Below, one piece after another: positions 16,074-23,809 of a stretch of DNA of 29,273 nucleotides. Within the stretch, counting starts at the first letter, position 1. Every line of letters starts with the position of its first letter. The notes beneath the pieces were generated by a model that worked only from the letters and a program-made list of their open reading frames with translations, was not told the origin of the DNA and searched no databases. Origin of the DNA: a virus (taxonomy: Duplodnaviria > Caudoviricetes); the IMG/VR virus record IMGVR_UViG_3300049485_000064, positions 1 through 29,273 of that record; one strand, 5' to 3'. The position numbers were made by a program, and so were the translations under genes.

Positions 16074-16772
16074 ATGGATAAATCTCTAACTCAATCAGAC
16101 GTAGAAGACCTCGGCATCAGTGATGGTTTTGATGACTTCGATCATTTGGCCGTAGCTGCCGAGGCGGCCCAAGCTCAACGTAAACGATTCTTACTTGTAT
16201 GTGATGCAACAAGTAGTATGGATCCTTGGTGGTCTGCCGCACAAAAAGCACTTAAACAGGCGGTTGATGAGATCTCTTCGCGAACTCATATACCATTCCA
16301 AGTCAAAGTGGTTGCGTATAGAGACCATACCTGTGATAGGGTGCCGATGGAGGAAAGTGTGTGGTCTAATGATACTGAATACTTAAAAGACTACATCTCT
16401 ACCATCAAGTCTAACGGCGGGGGAGACTTTCCTGAGTCAATTGGCTACGGCCTAGCTCCTGCCATGCAATCAGGCTCCTCGCTTGTGATATTAATTGGAG
16501 ATGCTCCTGGTCGTGACAACAGCACCGGGTTTGAGGAAGCTAAGATACTCGGCGCTCAAAAATGTCCTGTATATGCTTTGTACGTGGATGATAACGAACG
16601 CACTATAGAGTCATTCAAGACCATCGCCAAACTATCTGGCGGCAAAGCTATGGCCTTGCGAGATGATAAAACCATGACCGACATATTTAGTGCCTTGCTA
16701 GCTAAGGTGGTGTTTCAGATTGCTTATCAGGCTACAAGTATTGAAGGTAGGAAGGTAATGGAGGAAAAATGA
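16074..16772 (+). CDS. von Willebrand factor A domain protein
   Basis: MIDAS-like LLVCDATSSM, plus VVAYRDH, GGGDFPE and ILIGDAP. AGGAG RBS. Confidence 0.85.
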   Translation: MDKSLTQSDVEDLGISDGFDDFDHLAVAAEAAQAQRKRFLLVCDATSSMDPWWSAAQKALKQAVDEISSRTHIPFQVKVVAYRDHTCDRVPMEESVWSNDTEYLKDYISTIKSNGGGDFPESIGYGLAPAMQSGSSLVILIGDAPGRDNSTGFEEAKILGAQKCPVYALYVDDNERTIESFKTIAKLSGGKAMALRDDKTMTDIFSALLAKVVFQIAYQATSIEGRKVMEEK

Positions 16773-16918
16773 GATTCTCAGACACCACACAAAAAGCTAT
16801 CTTAAAACTCTGGCTAGATGGCGTAAGCATGGCCCAGATTGCGGCTTGTTATACAACTAGCCAGGAGGCTGTTGAGAGAATAATTAGGTTACAGTTACGA
16901 ACAAAAGGTGGCAAATGA
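16769..16918 (+). CDS. Small HTH-like protein (49 aa)
   Basis: Not in the track. MRFSDTTQKAILKLWLDGVSMAQIAACYTTSQEAVERIIRLQL. GGAGG RBS and ATGA overlaps at both ends. Confidence 0.65.
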   Translation: MRFSDTTQKAILKLWLDGVSMAQIAACYTTSQEAVERIIRLQLRTKGGK

Positions 16919-17100
16919 ATGAAACAGAGATAAAAAACTCAATCGAACTTCTCCGAACTCGTCGAGCTTCGATAGGAGACCTGCGCGATTATAAGCCGCA
17001 GCGAAGTGGAAAGAAAGCCTCAGCTCCCAAGGAACCTGAACGGGATGTTGAGGACACTTTCTCCAGTCTCATACAACAAGCCGACGAGTCTGGGGGGTGA
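16915..17100 (+). CDS. Hypothetical protein
   Basis: 61 aa with AGGTGG RBS. Confidence 0.6.
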   Translation: MNETEIKNSIELLRTRRASIGDLRDYKPQRSGKKASAPKEPERDVEDTFSSLIQQADESGG

Positions 17101-17221
17101 TAGGCGCTTGAGAGTAACCATGCCGCAAGATGGTATAGCTTGGGTAAGTGTTAGGGCTTAAATCCTCACTTATCACTATCACAAAAATCCAGCACCGTTA
17201 GGTAGAAAGGAGGTGATTTCC

Positions 17222-17431
17222 ATGGGTTTAATGGATGTTTTGGCTGAAGTAAGTGCGGATAAGAAAGCCAAAGGCAAGTCCGATGTTCGTTATGTCTCGT
17301 TCAAGATTACAGAGTGGGACGAGATGGAATCGAAGTTCGGCAAGAAGCTCGATCCTGTTGACGTGAAGAAGCTCGTCCAGGGTATCTTCTTGGGCCGGTT
17401 TAATGTCGTCTCGGCAAAGCCGAAGGCATAA
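17222..17431 (+). CDS. Small basic protein, paralog of 12565..12825
   Basis: Very strong RBS AGAAAGGAGGTGAT before ATG 17222. Confidence 0.8.
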   Translation: MGLMDVLAEVSADKKAKGKSDVRYVSFKITEWDEMESKFGKKLDPVDVKKLVQGIFLGRFNVVSAKPKA

Positions 17432-17433
17432 CC

Positions 17434-17498
17434 AAGCTATGGGGAACGTGGGTTGGCATGCGCTTACTGCCATAGTTGACCCACGTTCTACCAGCTTT
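17434..17498 (+). other. Long intergenic stem-loop
   Basis: GAACGTGGGT/ACCCACGTTC perfect 10-bp arms, inner TGGCA/TGCCA, outer AAGCT/AGCTT. Confidence 0.65.
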
Positions 17499-17501
17499 CT
17501 T

Positions 17502-17527
17502 GCTATCGGCAAATTTGCCGCAAGCTA
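17502..17527. promoter_or_regulatory. Palindromic operator-like site
   Basis: GCTATCGGCAAATTTGCCGCAAGCTA, with a perfect 14-bp core CGGCAAATTTGCCG. Confidence 0.65.
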
Positions 17528-17552
17528 CATATAACATATAAAGGAGCACAAC

Positions 17553-17711
17553 ATGGAAGATCTCATGATCCACATGAAAAAAAGTAAGTCCACCAAACGG
17601 TTTGATGTGTTTGAGTCTGTAAAATCAGACGCACACATTACGTCTGTATACATTAACAAGGCGGCAAATGCGCCTGAAGAAATCACCATTATGATAGGCG
17701 ATAAAAAGTGA
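17553..17711 (+). CDS. Hypothetical protein (52 aa)
   Basis: Not in the track. AAGGAG RBS. MEDLMIHMKKSKSTKRFDVFE...SVYINK. Confidence 0.7.
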   Translation: MEDLMIHMKKSKSTKRFDVFESVKSDAHITSVYINKAANAPEEITIMIGDKK

Positions 17712-18112
17712 CCGAAGGCCTTGATCTTGACAGTATTCTAGATGAGCTAAAGCAAGAATCCCATAGCTCCATCAAGCACGAACCTGGCTATGGCCCGTGG
17801 GGTTTAATGGAAGGTCACACAGGATGGTCTCCTGAGGACAAACAACCTTTCATTCAGCTTAGCTTGAGCAAATACGAAGCCTACTGGCTTTGGTGGCGTT
17901 TGAAGGTCCATCTAAAAACCTACGAACACTTTGAATGGTGTGAGATGAAGGAGGTCCTAGAATGTCTGATAACGAGAATATCCACCTTATCAACTTCGAC
18001 GACCTCATGCACGGCAGGCTCAGACACTCCTGCGGAGGGGTTATTAGAGCCAGCTGGCATCCAGGACAAACCCTTGCGTCCATCAGATGTAGTGGATGCA
18101 AAGACTACGTAA
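17708..18112 (+). CDS. Hypothetical protein
   Basis: GTGA-coupled start. The 3' third overlaps the next gene. Confidence 0.55.
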   Translation: MTEGLDLDSILDELKQESHSSIKHEPGYGPWGLMEGHTGWSPEDKQPFIQLSLSKYEAYWLWWRLKVHLKTYEHFEWCEMKEVLECLITRISTLSTSTTSCTAGSDTPAEGLLEPAGIQDKPLRPSDVVDAKTT

Positions 18113-18201
18113 GTTATAACGAGGATGGGAGCTTAGGTGCTGTGCAGGGTAATCCACTTGATCTACAAGTTCAAGTCCATCCTCAGGAAGGTTCGGCATG
18201 A
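17962..18201 (+). CDS. Hypothetical zinc-ribbon-like protein
   Basis: AAGGAGG RBS. HSCGG...RCSGC. Confidence 0.65.
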   Translation: MSDNENIHLINFDDLMHGRLRHSCGGVIRASWHPGQTLASIRCSGCKDYVSYNEDGSLGAVQGNPLDLQVQVHPQEGSA

Positions 18202-18353
18202 CCTGCGCAGTATGTAAAGGAAAATCCACAGTAACCGACTCTCGCGAGCGGGCCGATGGATCAATAAGGCGCCGACGAAAGTGTCTAGAGTGTAAGCGAC
18301 GGTTTACTACACACGAGAAAGAGGTTCCAAATGGCAATCATAAAAGGATCTGA
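18198..18353 (+). CDS. NrdR N-terminal-like zinc ribbon protein (51 aa, no ATP cone)
   Basis: Not in the track. MTCAVCKGKSTVTDSRERADGSIRRRRKCLECKRRFTTHE matches the NrdR pattern C..C....V.DSR......IRRRR.C..C..RFTT.E. Confidence 0.85.
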   Translation: MTCAVCKGKSTVTDSRERADGSIRRRRKCLECKRRFTTHEKEVPNGNHKRI

Positions 18354-19191
18354 TTGGGGTGGATCTCGCATTACCACCTTTCAGACCTGTAAACGAAAGT
18401 ATTACCTCGCATATGATGCGCCGCATCCTGATGGAGGTAATGGATTAGTTCCAATCGAGGATAAGGTTGCACCGGCTAAAGGCAGCCTAATCCACCTGGC
18501 CTTGCAACACTATTATCAAGGTCTTATCAACACACCAGACCAACCACGCGGTCCGTTGATCGTGGATAGCATCAAGGTCGCCTTGGATCAAGTGGAGAAG
18601 TTTGACCTCCCACCTGAAGTTGTACCATTACTCAAAGATGAGATCATCTCCGCTATTGACCAGTACTTTCAAAAGTACGAATTGGAGGACTTAGTACCCA
18701 TAGAGGCTGAGAAACCTTTCAACCTACCCATCGGCAACCTGGTCCACACAGGTATTATAGATTTATTTGCCAAGTGGCATGATGAGTACTTTGTTGTGGA
18801 TCACAAAACAACAAGCCTTCGGCTGGATCAGTTCTTTAAAAAGTTCCGTTTTGACTTGAGTCTAGCAGGTTATGCAAAAGCCAAGTCAGAAGAACTTGGT
18901 AGACCAGTTGGAATCCTCATCAATGGCATCCGTTTCAAAAAAGACAAAGCCATGACGGTTGAGTTGGAGCGAGAGCCAATCCTCTACGGTCCTGGTGAAC
19001 TAGAAGAAGAATTCCCTAAAACCATCCAGATCGAACGGCGTAATATCGAGGTATGCCAAAAGGAGGAGTTCTGGCCTAAGTCTGGCTCCCAATGCGTACA
19101 AGTTTGGGGAGATTGCGAGTTCCGCCGGTTATGTGTCTACCACGATGATTCAATGGCTAAGACTTTTTATAAAGCAAGGAGTGAGAGATGA
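18331..19191 (+). CDS. PD-(D/E)XK exonuclease, Cas4/AddB-like
   Basis: F..C.RKYY, G..IH.AL, GIID........VVDHKT, and C-terminal C......C.F..LC (1+3 Cys Fe-S staple pattern). Confidence 0.85.
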   Translation: MAIIKGSDWGGSRITTFQTCKRKYYLAYDAPHPDGGNGLVPIEDKVAPAKGSLIHLALQHYYQGLINTPDQPRGPLIVDSIKVALDQVEKFDLPPEVVPLLKDEIISAIDQYFQKYELEDLVPIEAEKPFNLPIGNLVHTGIIDLFAKWHDEYFVVDHKTTSLRLDQFFKKFRFDLSLAGYAKAKSEELGRPVGILINGIRFKKDKAMTVELEREPILYGPGELEEEFPKTIQIERRNIEVCQKEEFWPKSGSQCVQVWGDCEFRRLCVYHDDSMAKTFYKARSER

Positions 19192-19415
19192 CCAAAGAAC
19201 AAATTGACCAACTCTCAGCAGAAGCCGCCAATAGGATGGTAGACTACACAATCAGGGCGGCCGGTATTATCCTTAGTAGCGCCGAACGGGAGATTGTAAT
19301 GCTACAGGCAAAACATCTATACTTGAATGGTTTAGAAGAAGGGATGCGTGCGACAATGGCACACTTTAATCCAGTATTGAAAGGAGGTGAGATACCAAAT
19401 GCCAAAGGTAAGTGA
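19188..19415 (+). CDS. Hypothetical protein
   Basis: 75 aa with AGGAG RBS. Confidence 0.6.
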   Translation: MTKEQIDQLSAEAANRMVDYTIRAAGIILSSAEREIVMLQAKHLYLNGLEEGMRATMAHFNPVLKGGEIPNAKGK

Positions 19416-20211
19416 TCTCTTAGCAGAACGTCACAAGCCAAACATCTTAGGCTACGGCCCAAGCATGTGCGGCAAGACGCGGTTCATTACGACCCTGCGG
19501 AAGGTCTACAAAGGACCGTGTTACATTTTTAACTTCGATCCTCAGGATAATCTAACTCCTATTATCCTAGCACCGGGCATGGGAGATGTTGAATACGACC
19601 AGTACGACGTATCAAATGGTTACGATCTCCTGGTTAGAAAGATCATCGAGCTACGCAAAGCCTCGGCTGAAGCGTCTCGAGAAGGCGGCAAACCGTTCCC
19701 ATATGATTTGATCTGTGTCGAGAACGTCAACGTAATGCACAAGACTACGATAGAGACCTTGTTAACCTTAGCAGGTCGAGCCGACACTGATGGTGCACGT
19801 ATTCAGGATTGGGGCCTAGCAGCCGACCGTGTAAAGAAGCGGCTTAAGGAGATAGTAGATCTCCCATGTCCTATCTACGTCACGGCACACCAACAGTTGG
19901 AGAAGGATGAGATCTATGGTCGAACTGTTGGAAGGATTCTCATACCTGGTAAGTTCTTACCAGATGAAATCCCACCAATGTTCAACTTATTCCTTCACTT
20001 TATTACAACCACTAAATCAGGAGGTGTACCAGAATACAAAATTCAATGTGCGTCAGATCCATTGTGGCCAGCCGGAGACAAGACTGCTTCTCTAGAAGCA
20101 TTCGAGGAACCAGACTTTGTAAAAATGGCCGTCAAGTTCGGGAACAAGCTAACAGCAGCTAGAGCAGCAGCCGCAAGCGCACCAACAACAACAACCAAGG
20201 AGAAGTCATGA
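19399..20211 (+). CDS. Sak4-like / AAA_24 P-loop ATPase (phage recombinase)
   Basis: YGPSMCGKT, QDWG and VTAH motifs, located between an exonuclease and an SSB. ATG 19399 follows AAGGAGGT. Confidence 0.8.
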   Translation: MPKVSDLLAERHKPNILGYGPSMCGKTRFITTLRKVYKGPCYIFNFDPQDNLTPIILAPGMGDVEYDQYDVSNGYDLLVRKIIELRKASAEASREGGKPFPYDLICVENVNVMHKTTIETLLTLAGRADTDGARIQDWGLAADRVKKRLKEIVDLPCPIYVTAHQQLEKDEIYGRTVGRILIPGKFLPDEIPPMFNLFLHFITTTKSGGVPEYKIQCASDPLWPAGDKTASLEAFEEPDFVKMAVKFGNKLTAARAAAASAPTTTTKEKS

Positions 20212-20606
20212 AAATAGATGCAAACCTAAACAACGTCAAGGAAATTGAGACTCTTCCAGGCGGCACCTACAGTGCTATCATTCTGAAAGAGCCCAAGTTT
20301 ATCGTATCAAGCCAGAAGAAAACTCCTGGCATTGAGATTGAGTTCACTCTCACCGATAGCGGTACTGAGCTTGCACCAGGCGTGCCGCGTACCATAACAC
20401 ACATCATTTACAGGAGTGAAAAAACAGGCTGGGAGCACTTCAAGATCAAGGAACTGTGTGAGGCTACTGGTGCTCCTATGGAGAACCCAGACACAGCCGA
20501 CTTCGTTAATGCTTCACTGAAGTTGGCAATTGCACAAGAGCCTTACACCGACAAGCACGGTCAGCCTAAGACTCGTAATGTTGTTGATTACTTCTTGAAA
20601 GCATAG
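20208..20606 (+). CDS. DUF669-like single-stranded DNA-binding protein
   Basis: LPGGTY.A.I...S..K.PGI.IEF....Y....G....RN.V pattern, following the Sak4-like gene. Confidence 0.75.
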   Translation: MKIDANLNNVKEIETLPGGTYSAIILKEPKFIVSSQKKTPGIEIEFTLTDSGTELAPGVPRTITHIIYRSEKTGWEHFKIKELCEATGAPMENPDTADFVNASLKLAIAQEPYTDKHGQPKTRNVVDYFLKA

Positions 20607-20615
20607 AAAGGTCTG

Positions 20616-20640
20616 GTGGGGGTCTGTAATGGGCCCCCAC
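20616..20640 (+). terminator. GC-rich hairpin after SSB (possible terminator or stabiliser)
   Basis: GTGGGGGTC-TGTAATG-GGCCCCCAC, with no U-tract. Confidence 0.4.
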
Positions 20641-20721
20641 CCCTGAAAGGCACGGTGATGCGATGAGTGAGATTACCAACATGACCCGTTGCGAATCGGG
20701 CGAGGAAGAGGAAGGACGAGG

Positions 20722-21132
20722 ATGTTGACGCGAGACGAGGTTGAGAATTTTATTATGGGCCTCGTCAACGATAAGGTGGACGGGGTGCGAGCTGCGCAAC
20801 TTATCGACACCGACGCCGCCTTGCGCCAGCAAGTAGCCGACCTCACGGCGAAGCTGGCTGCCAGTGAACGGGCCGCCTACGATGTCGAGGGCACGATTGA
20901 GGCGTTGAAGCAGCAGCTCGCCGCCCTCCAGCTCCACTGGACGACCGAGAAGCCAACGGTGCCAGGGCAGTACTGGTGGCGCACGAACAAGAACACTGGC
21001 GGATGGATACGCAGGGTAGACGTTTTTCCTGAAGGCGTGCCATCAACAATATACTGTAGAGACAAAAGTGAATGGGTGATGTACGGCCAGTGGGCCGGTC
21101 CGCTCACCCCACCCACGGAGGCGCAGCCATAA
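20722..21132 (+). CDS. Hypothetical protein (coiled coil + WTTEKPT.PG.YWWR domain)
   Basis: GC-rich codon use relative to neighbours. The C-terminal module W..E.P..PG.YW....W.GP..PP is common in phage accessory genes. Confidence 0.7.
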   Translation: MLTRDEVENFIMGLVNDKVDGVRAAQLIDTDAALRQQVADLTAKLAASERAAYDVEGTIEALKQQLAALQLHWTTEKPTVPGQYWWRTNKNTGGWIRRVDVFPEGVPSTIYCRDKSEWVMYGQWAGPLTPPTEAQP

Positions 21133-21156
21133 ACGAGTATTGGCACAAGGAGTCAA

Positions 21157-21450
21157 ATGGAAACTCAAAAATCGATAAGTGAATGGGCTATCAAGACCTT
21201 TGGTCAACCTATAACAACGGATATTATCTTTGATAGATTCATGTCCGAAATAACGGAGCTTAGTGAAAGATTTTCCGACTGCAGGGATCCTGAATATCTC
21301 AAAGATGAATGTGCAGATTGTTTAATTATTCTGTATCAGTTTTGTCAAGAATCAGGCTTTGATCTCCATGACGCTGTAGATCAAAAAATGACCATAAACC
21401 GAAATCGTAAGTGGAAAACCAAGGGAGACGGTGTGGGTCAGCACATCTAA
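21157..21450 (+). CDS. MazG-like nucleotide pyrophosphohydrolase
   Basis: I.EWA..TFG, E..EL, ECAD.LI, and A.D.KM.IN..R.W motifs. Confidence 0.8.
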   Translation: METQKSISEWAIKTFGQPITTDIIFDRFMSEITELSERFSDCRDPEYLKDECADCLIILYQFCQESGFDLHDAVDQKMTINRNRKWKTKGDGVGQHI

Positions 21451-21457
21451 ATAAACC

Positions 21458-21483
21458 AGCTTTGGGCAATTTTGCCGGAAGCT
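21458..21483. promoter_or_regulatory. Palindromic operator-like site
   Basis: AGCTTTGGGCAATTTTGCCGGAAGCT in a 46-bp intergenic gap. Confidence 0.65.
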
Positions 21484-21496
21484 AGCGAGGAAATCT

Positions 21497-21718
21497 ATGG
21501 CAGCTATTCTGCATAAAGTCAAACGCGGTGAGACTATCATGTCTATATGTTTAATCTATAGTCTCCCCTACGAACAGTTTGTTAAACTAAACATGCGGTT
21601 CCTTGGCATCGGCCCATTTGATATGGTTGAAGCTAGAGTGGGTGATCCTGTAGTAGTCGGCGACAGCGCCGATCCAATTGACTTGGTACGTGTGCTTAGA
21701 AGCAAAGGTGAACTATGA
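21497..21718 (+). CDS. LysM-like domain protein
   Basis: HKVKRGETIMSI...Y......VKLN......VGD.V.V. Confidence 0.6.
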   Translation: MAAILHKVKRGETIMSICLIYSLPYEQFVKLNMRFLGIGPFDMVEARVGDPVVVGDSADPIDLVRVLRSKGEL

Positions 21719-22032
21719 CCACCAAGATCTACATCTCTGGCCCCTACAGCAAGCACATGGTAGATGGCACTCGCAACGCTATTATGGCAGCCGAGGCTTT
21801 GCGGAAAGCAGGCTACCTACCATTCGTACCACACCTAAGCTTGTTGTGGGACCTAGTATGTCCATCTCCTTATGAGGAATGGATCGACTACGACCTAGCC
21901 TGGCTTCGGCACTGTAATGCTTTGCTACGTTTACCTGGAGAGTCTCCCGGCGCGGACCGAGAGGTGCTACTAGCACAACAACTACGCATCCCAGTTTACT
22001 ACAACATAAAGGAGATCATAAAAAATGTCTGA
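21715..22032 (+). CDS. Nucleoside 2-deoxyribosyltransferase-like (DUF4406-type) protein
   Basis: KIYISGPY, PFVPH, D..WL..C..L.RLPGES.GAD.E. Confidence 0.8.
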   Translation: MTTKIYISGPYSKHMVDGTRNAIMAAEALRKAGYLPFVPHLSLLWDLVCPSPYEEWIDYDLAWLRHCNALLRLPGESPGADREVLLAQQLRIPVYYNIKEIIKNV

Positions 22033-22555
22033 CTCAATAGATGAAACTCTTTCCGAACGTAACAGTGTACACGGAAATTATGACTCACAAGCACTACTAG
22101 CAGAGACCCTAAAAGAATTAATCCACGTCCAACCAACATGGCACAGATTAGACTACAACCAACGACATGCCTTAGATATGATTCTAACAAAAATATCTCG
22201 CATAATGATTGGTTCCCCATATCACGCAGATCATTGGTTTGATATTCAAGGTTATGCAAGATTAATAGAAAGAAATCTAATCAAGGAGATCACAAAAAAT
22301 GGAAGCGACACAGAATATTGTGCACCTACCAATCACGCGCCTAAAACCCCACCCATTGAACACCACACTCTACGAGAGCATGACCGAGGAGTCGGACCAG
22401 TTCCTACAACTACTGGCTTCAATGAAAGACCACGGAGTTTTGCAACCCTTACAAATACGCCCCGACGGGACGATCCTAAGCGGCCATCGTCGGCTCTGCG
22501 TAGCGCGAAGCTTGGAATTGGAAAAGCTCCCGTGCATCGTGGTAGAAGGCGGTGA
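22025..22555 (+). CDS. DUF6378-like protein
   Basis: I.ETL.ER...HG.Y...ALDMI..KISRI..G.....D.W.DI.GYA.L. The domain ends near 22290 and the rest overlaps the next gene. Confidence 0.75.
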   Translation: MSDSIDETLSERNSVHGNYDSQALLAETLKELIHVQPTWHRLDYNQRHALDMILTKISRIMIGSPYHADHWFDIQGYARLIERNLIKEITKNGSDTEYCAPTNHAPKTPPIEHHTLREHDRGVGPVPTTTGFNERPRSFATLTNTPRRDDPKRPSSALRSAKLGIGKAPVHRGRRR

Positions 22556-23603
22556 TGATCGACTCCTAATAGTCGAGAACAATCGCTACCGGCACAAAAC
22601 CTCTAGCGAACTGATGCGCGAAGCTGAGTTGATTGAGGCTGTAGTAAGGGAGAAAGCCCTAGCCAACCAAGCTCGTGCCGGCCTAGACAGAGACACTCCA
22701 GTAGAAACCAAAATCGAAACTCGTGAGGTTGTAGCGGGTGCCATTGGAATGGGCGCGCGTACCTTTAGTAAGCTAAAGAAAGTCTACGAAGCAGCCAAGA
22801 CTAACGCTAACGCCGCTGAGAAGATGGCACGTATTGATAAGGGTGATCTATCAGTAGACGCCGCATTCAAATCTCTGCGCGCTATTATGCCGAGTGAGGG
22901 TGAAGATGACGACGACAAAGAAGCTATCCCTGAGTTCATACGTTTTTATAACTCTTGGCAATTCTCTGAAAACGATCCGAGATTTGGAATCCCGCATCCA
23001 GGAAGAATCCCAGGTCAAATATCTGCTAATATTATCTATTACTATTCTGAGCCTGGGGATCTTGTGGTGGATCCTATGGCTGGGGGTGGTAGTACTCTGG
23101 ACGCTGCTGCCTTTCTGGGTCGTGAGGCGTTGGGTTATGACGTTGTGCCAAAGCGACCCGATATCCAGCAGTGGGACATCTCTAAAGGATTCCCCGACGC
23201 CGCCAAAGGATGCCAATTGATATTCATGGACCCGCCCTATTGGAACATGATGAAGGAGGGTTATAGTGACAAGTCAAGCAGTGATTTGTCATTAGGAGAT
23301 TTCAAAAACTGGTACCGAAAATTACTAGCAGATGCCGCACATACTGTGAAACCCGGCGGCTTTGTAACGGTACTAAACATGGGGCAATACTTCCGCTTAC
23401 CAGAATCTTTTGGTGATGGGTACATTGATTGGCCTGTGTTTGCCTACCATGAACTTCAACTTAATGCTATGCTCCCTTGGTCTCGCATAGCTGTAACCTA
23501 CCCCACCACCCTCCACACCGCGTTTGATGTTGAATCTGCAAAGAAGGGAAAGTTCTTCTTGCCAGTGCTTGGGGATATCATCGTAATGAGGAGGCCAAAA
23601 TGA
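22299..23603 (+). CDS. ParB-like N-terminal domain fused to amino (N6A/N4C) DNA methyltransferase
   Basis: LKPHPLN, GVLQPL.I..DGTILSGHRR (ParB/Srx), then VVDPMAGGGST (motif I) and FMDPPYW (motif IV). AAGGAG RBS. Confidence 0.85.
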   Translation: MEATQNIVHLPITRLKPHPLNTTLYESMTEESDQFLQLLASMKDHGVLQPLQIRPDGTILSGHRRLCVARSLELEKLPCIVVEGGDDRLLIVENNRYRHKTSSELMREAELIEAVVREKALANQARAGLDRDTPVETKIETREVVAGAIGMGARTFSKLKKVYEAAKTNANAAEKMARIDKGDLSVDAAFKSLRAIMPSEGEDDDDKEAIPEFIRFYNSWQFSENDPRFGIPHPGRIPGQISANIIYYYSEPGDLVVDPMAGGGSTLDAAAFLGREALGYDVVPKRPDIQQWDISKGFPDAAKGCQLIFMDPPYWNMMKEGYSDKSSSDLSLGDFKNWYRKLLADAAHTVKPGGFVTVLNMGQYFRLPESFGDGYIDWPVFAYHELQLNAMLPWSRIAVTYPTTLHTAFDVESAKKGKFFLPVLGDIIVMRRPK

Positions 23604-23809
23604 ACACCACTATCCTAATCATAATAAGTTTTAGCATCGGCCTAGCTTTTGGTTCTGCCTTCTTCGCCGTGTGCAACACTAAGGCATTTGAGTTCCAAGA
23701 CAACCCAACCACACGCTTCCAACTCCAGCAACAGCGGCAAGAGATGGAACAACTACGTCAACAGCAGGAAATGTATAGACAGGAACAGAGGAGAAACCCG
23801 TGCCCATAA
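23600..23809 (+). CDS. Small membrane-anchored/secreted Gln-rich protein
   Basis: Hydrophobic N-terminus followed by a Q/E/R coiled coil. GAGGAGG RBS. Confidence 0.7.
   Translation: MNTTILIIISFSIGLAFGSAFFAVCNTKAFEFQDNPTTRFQLQQQRQEMEQLRQQQEMYRQEQRRNPCP

Noticed and set aside
20649-20662. GGCACGGTGATGC as a second sigma54 promoter
   Set aside because: GG-to-GC spacing is 9, not the obligatory 10.
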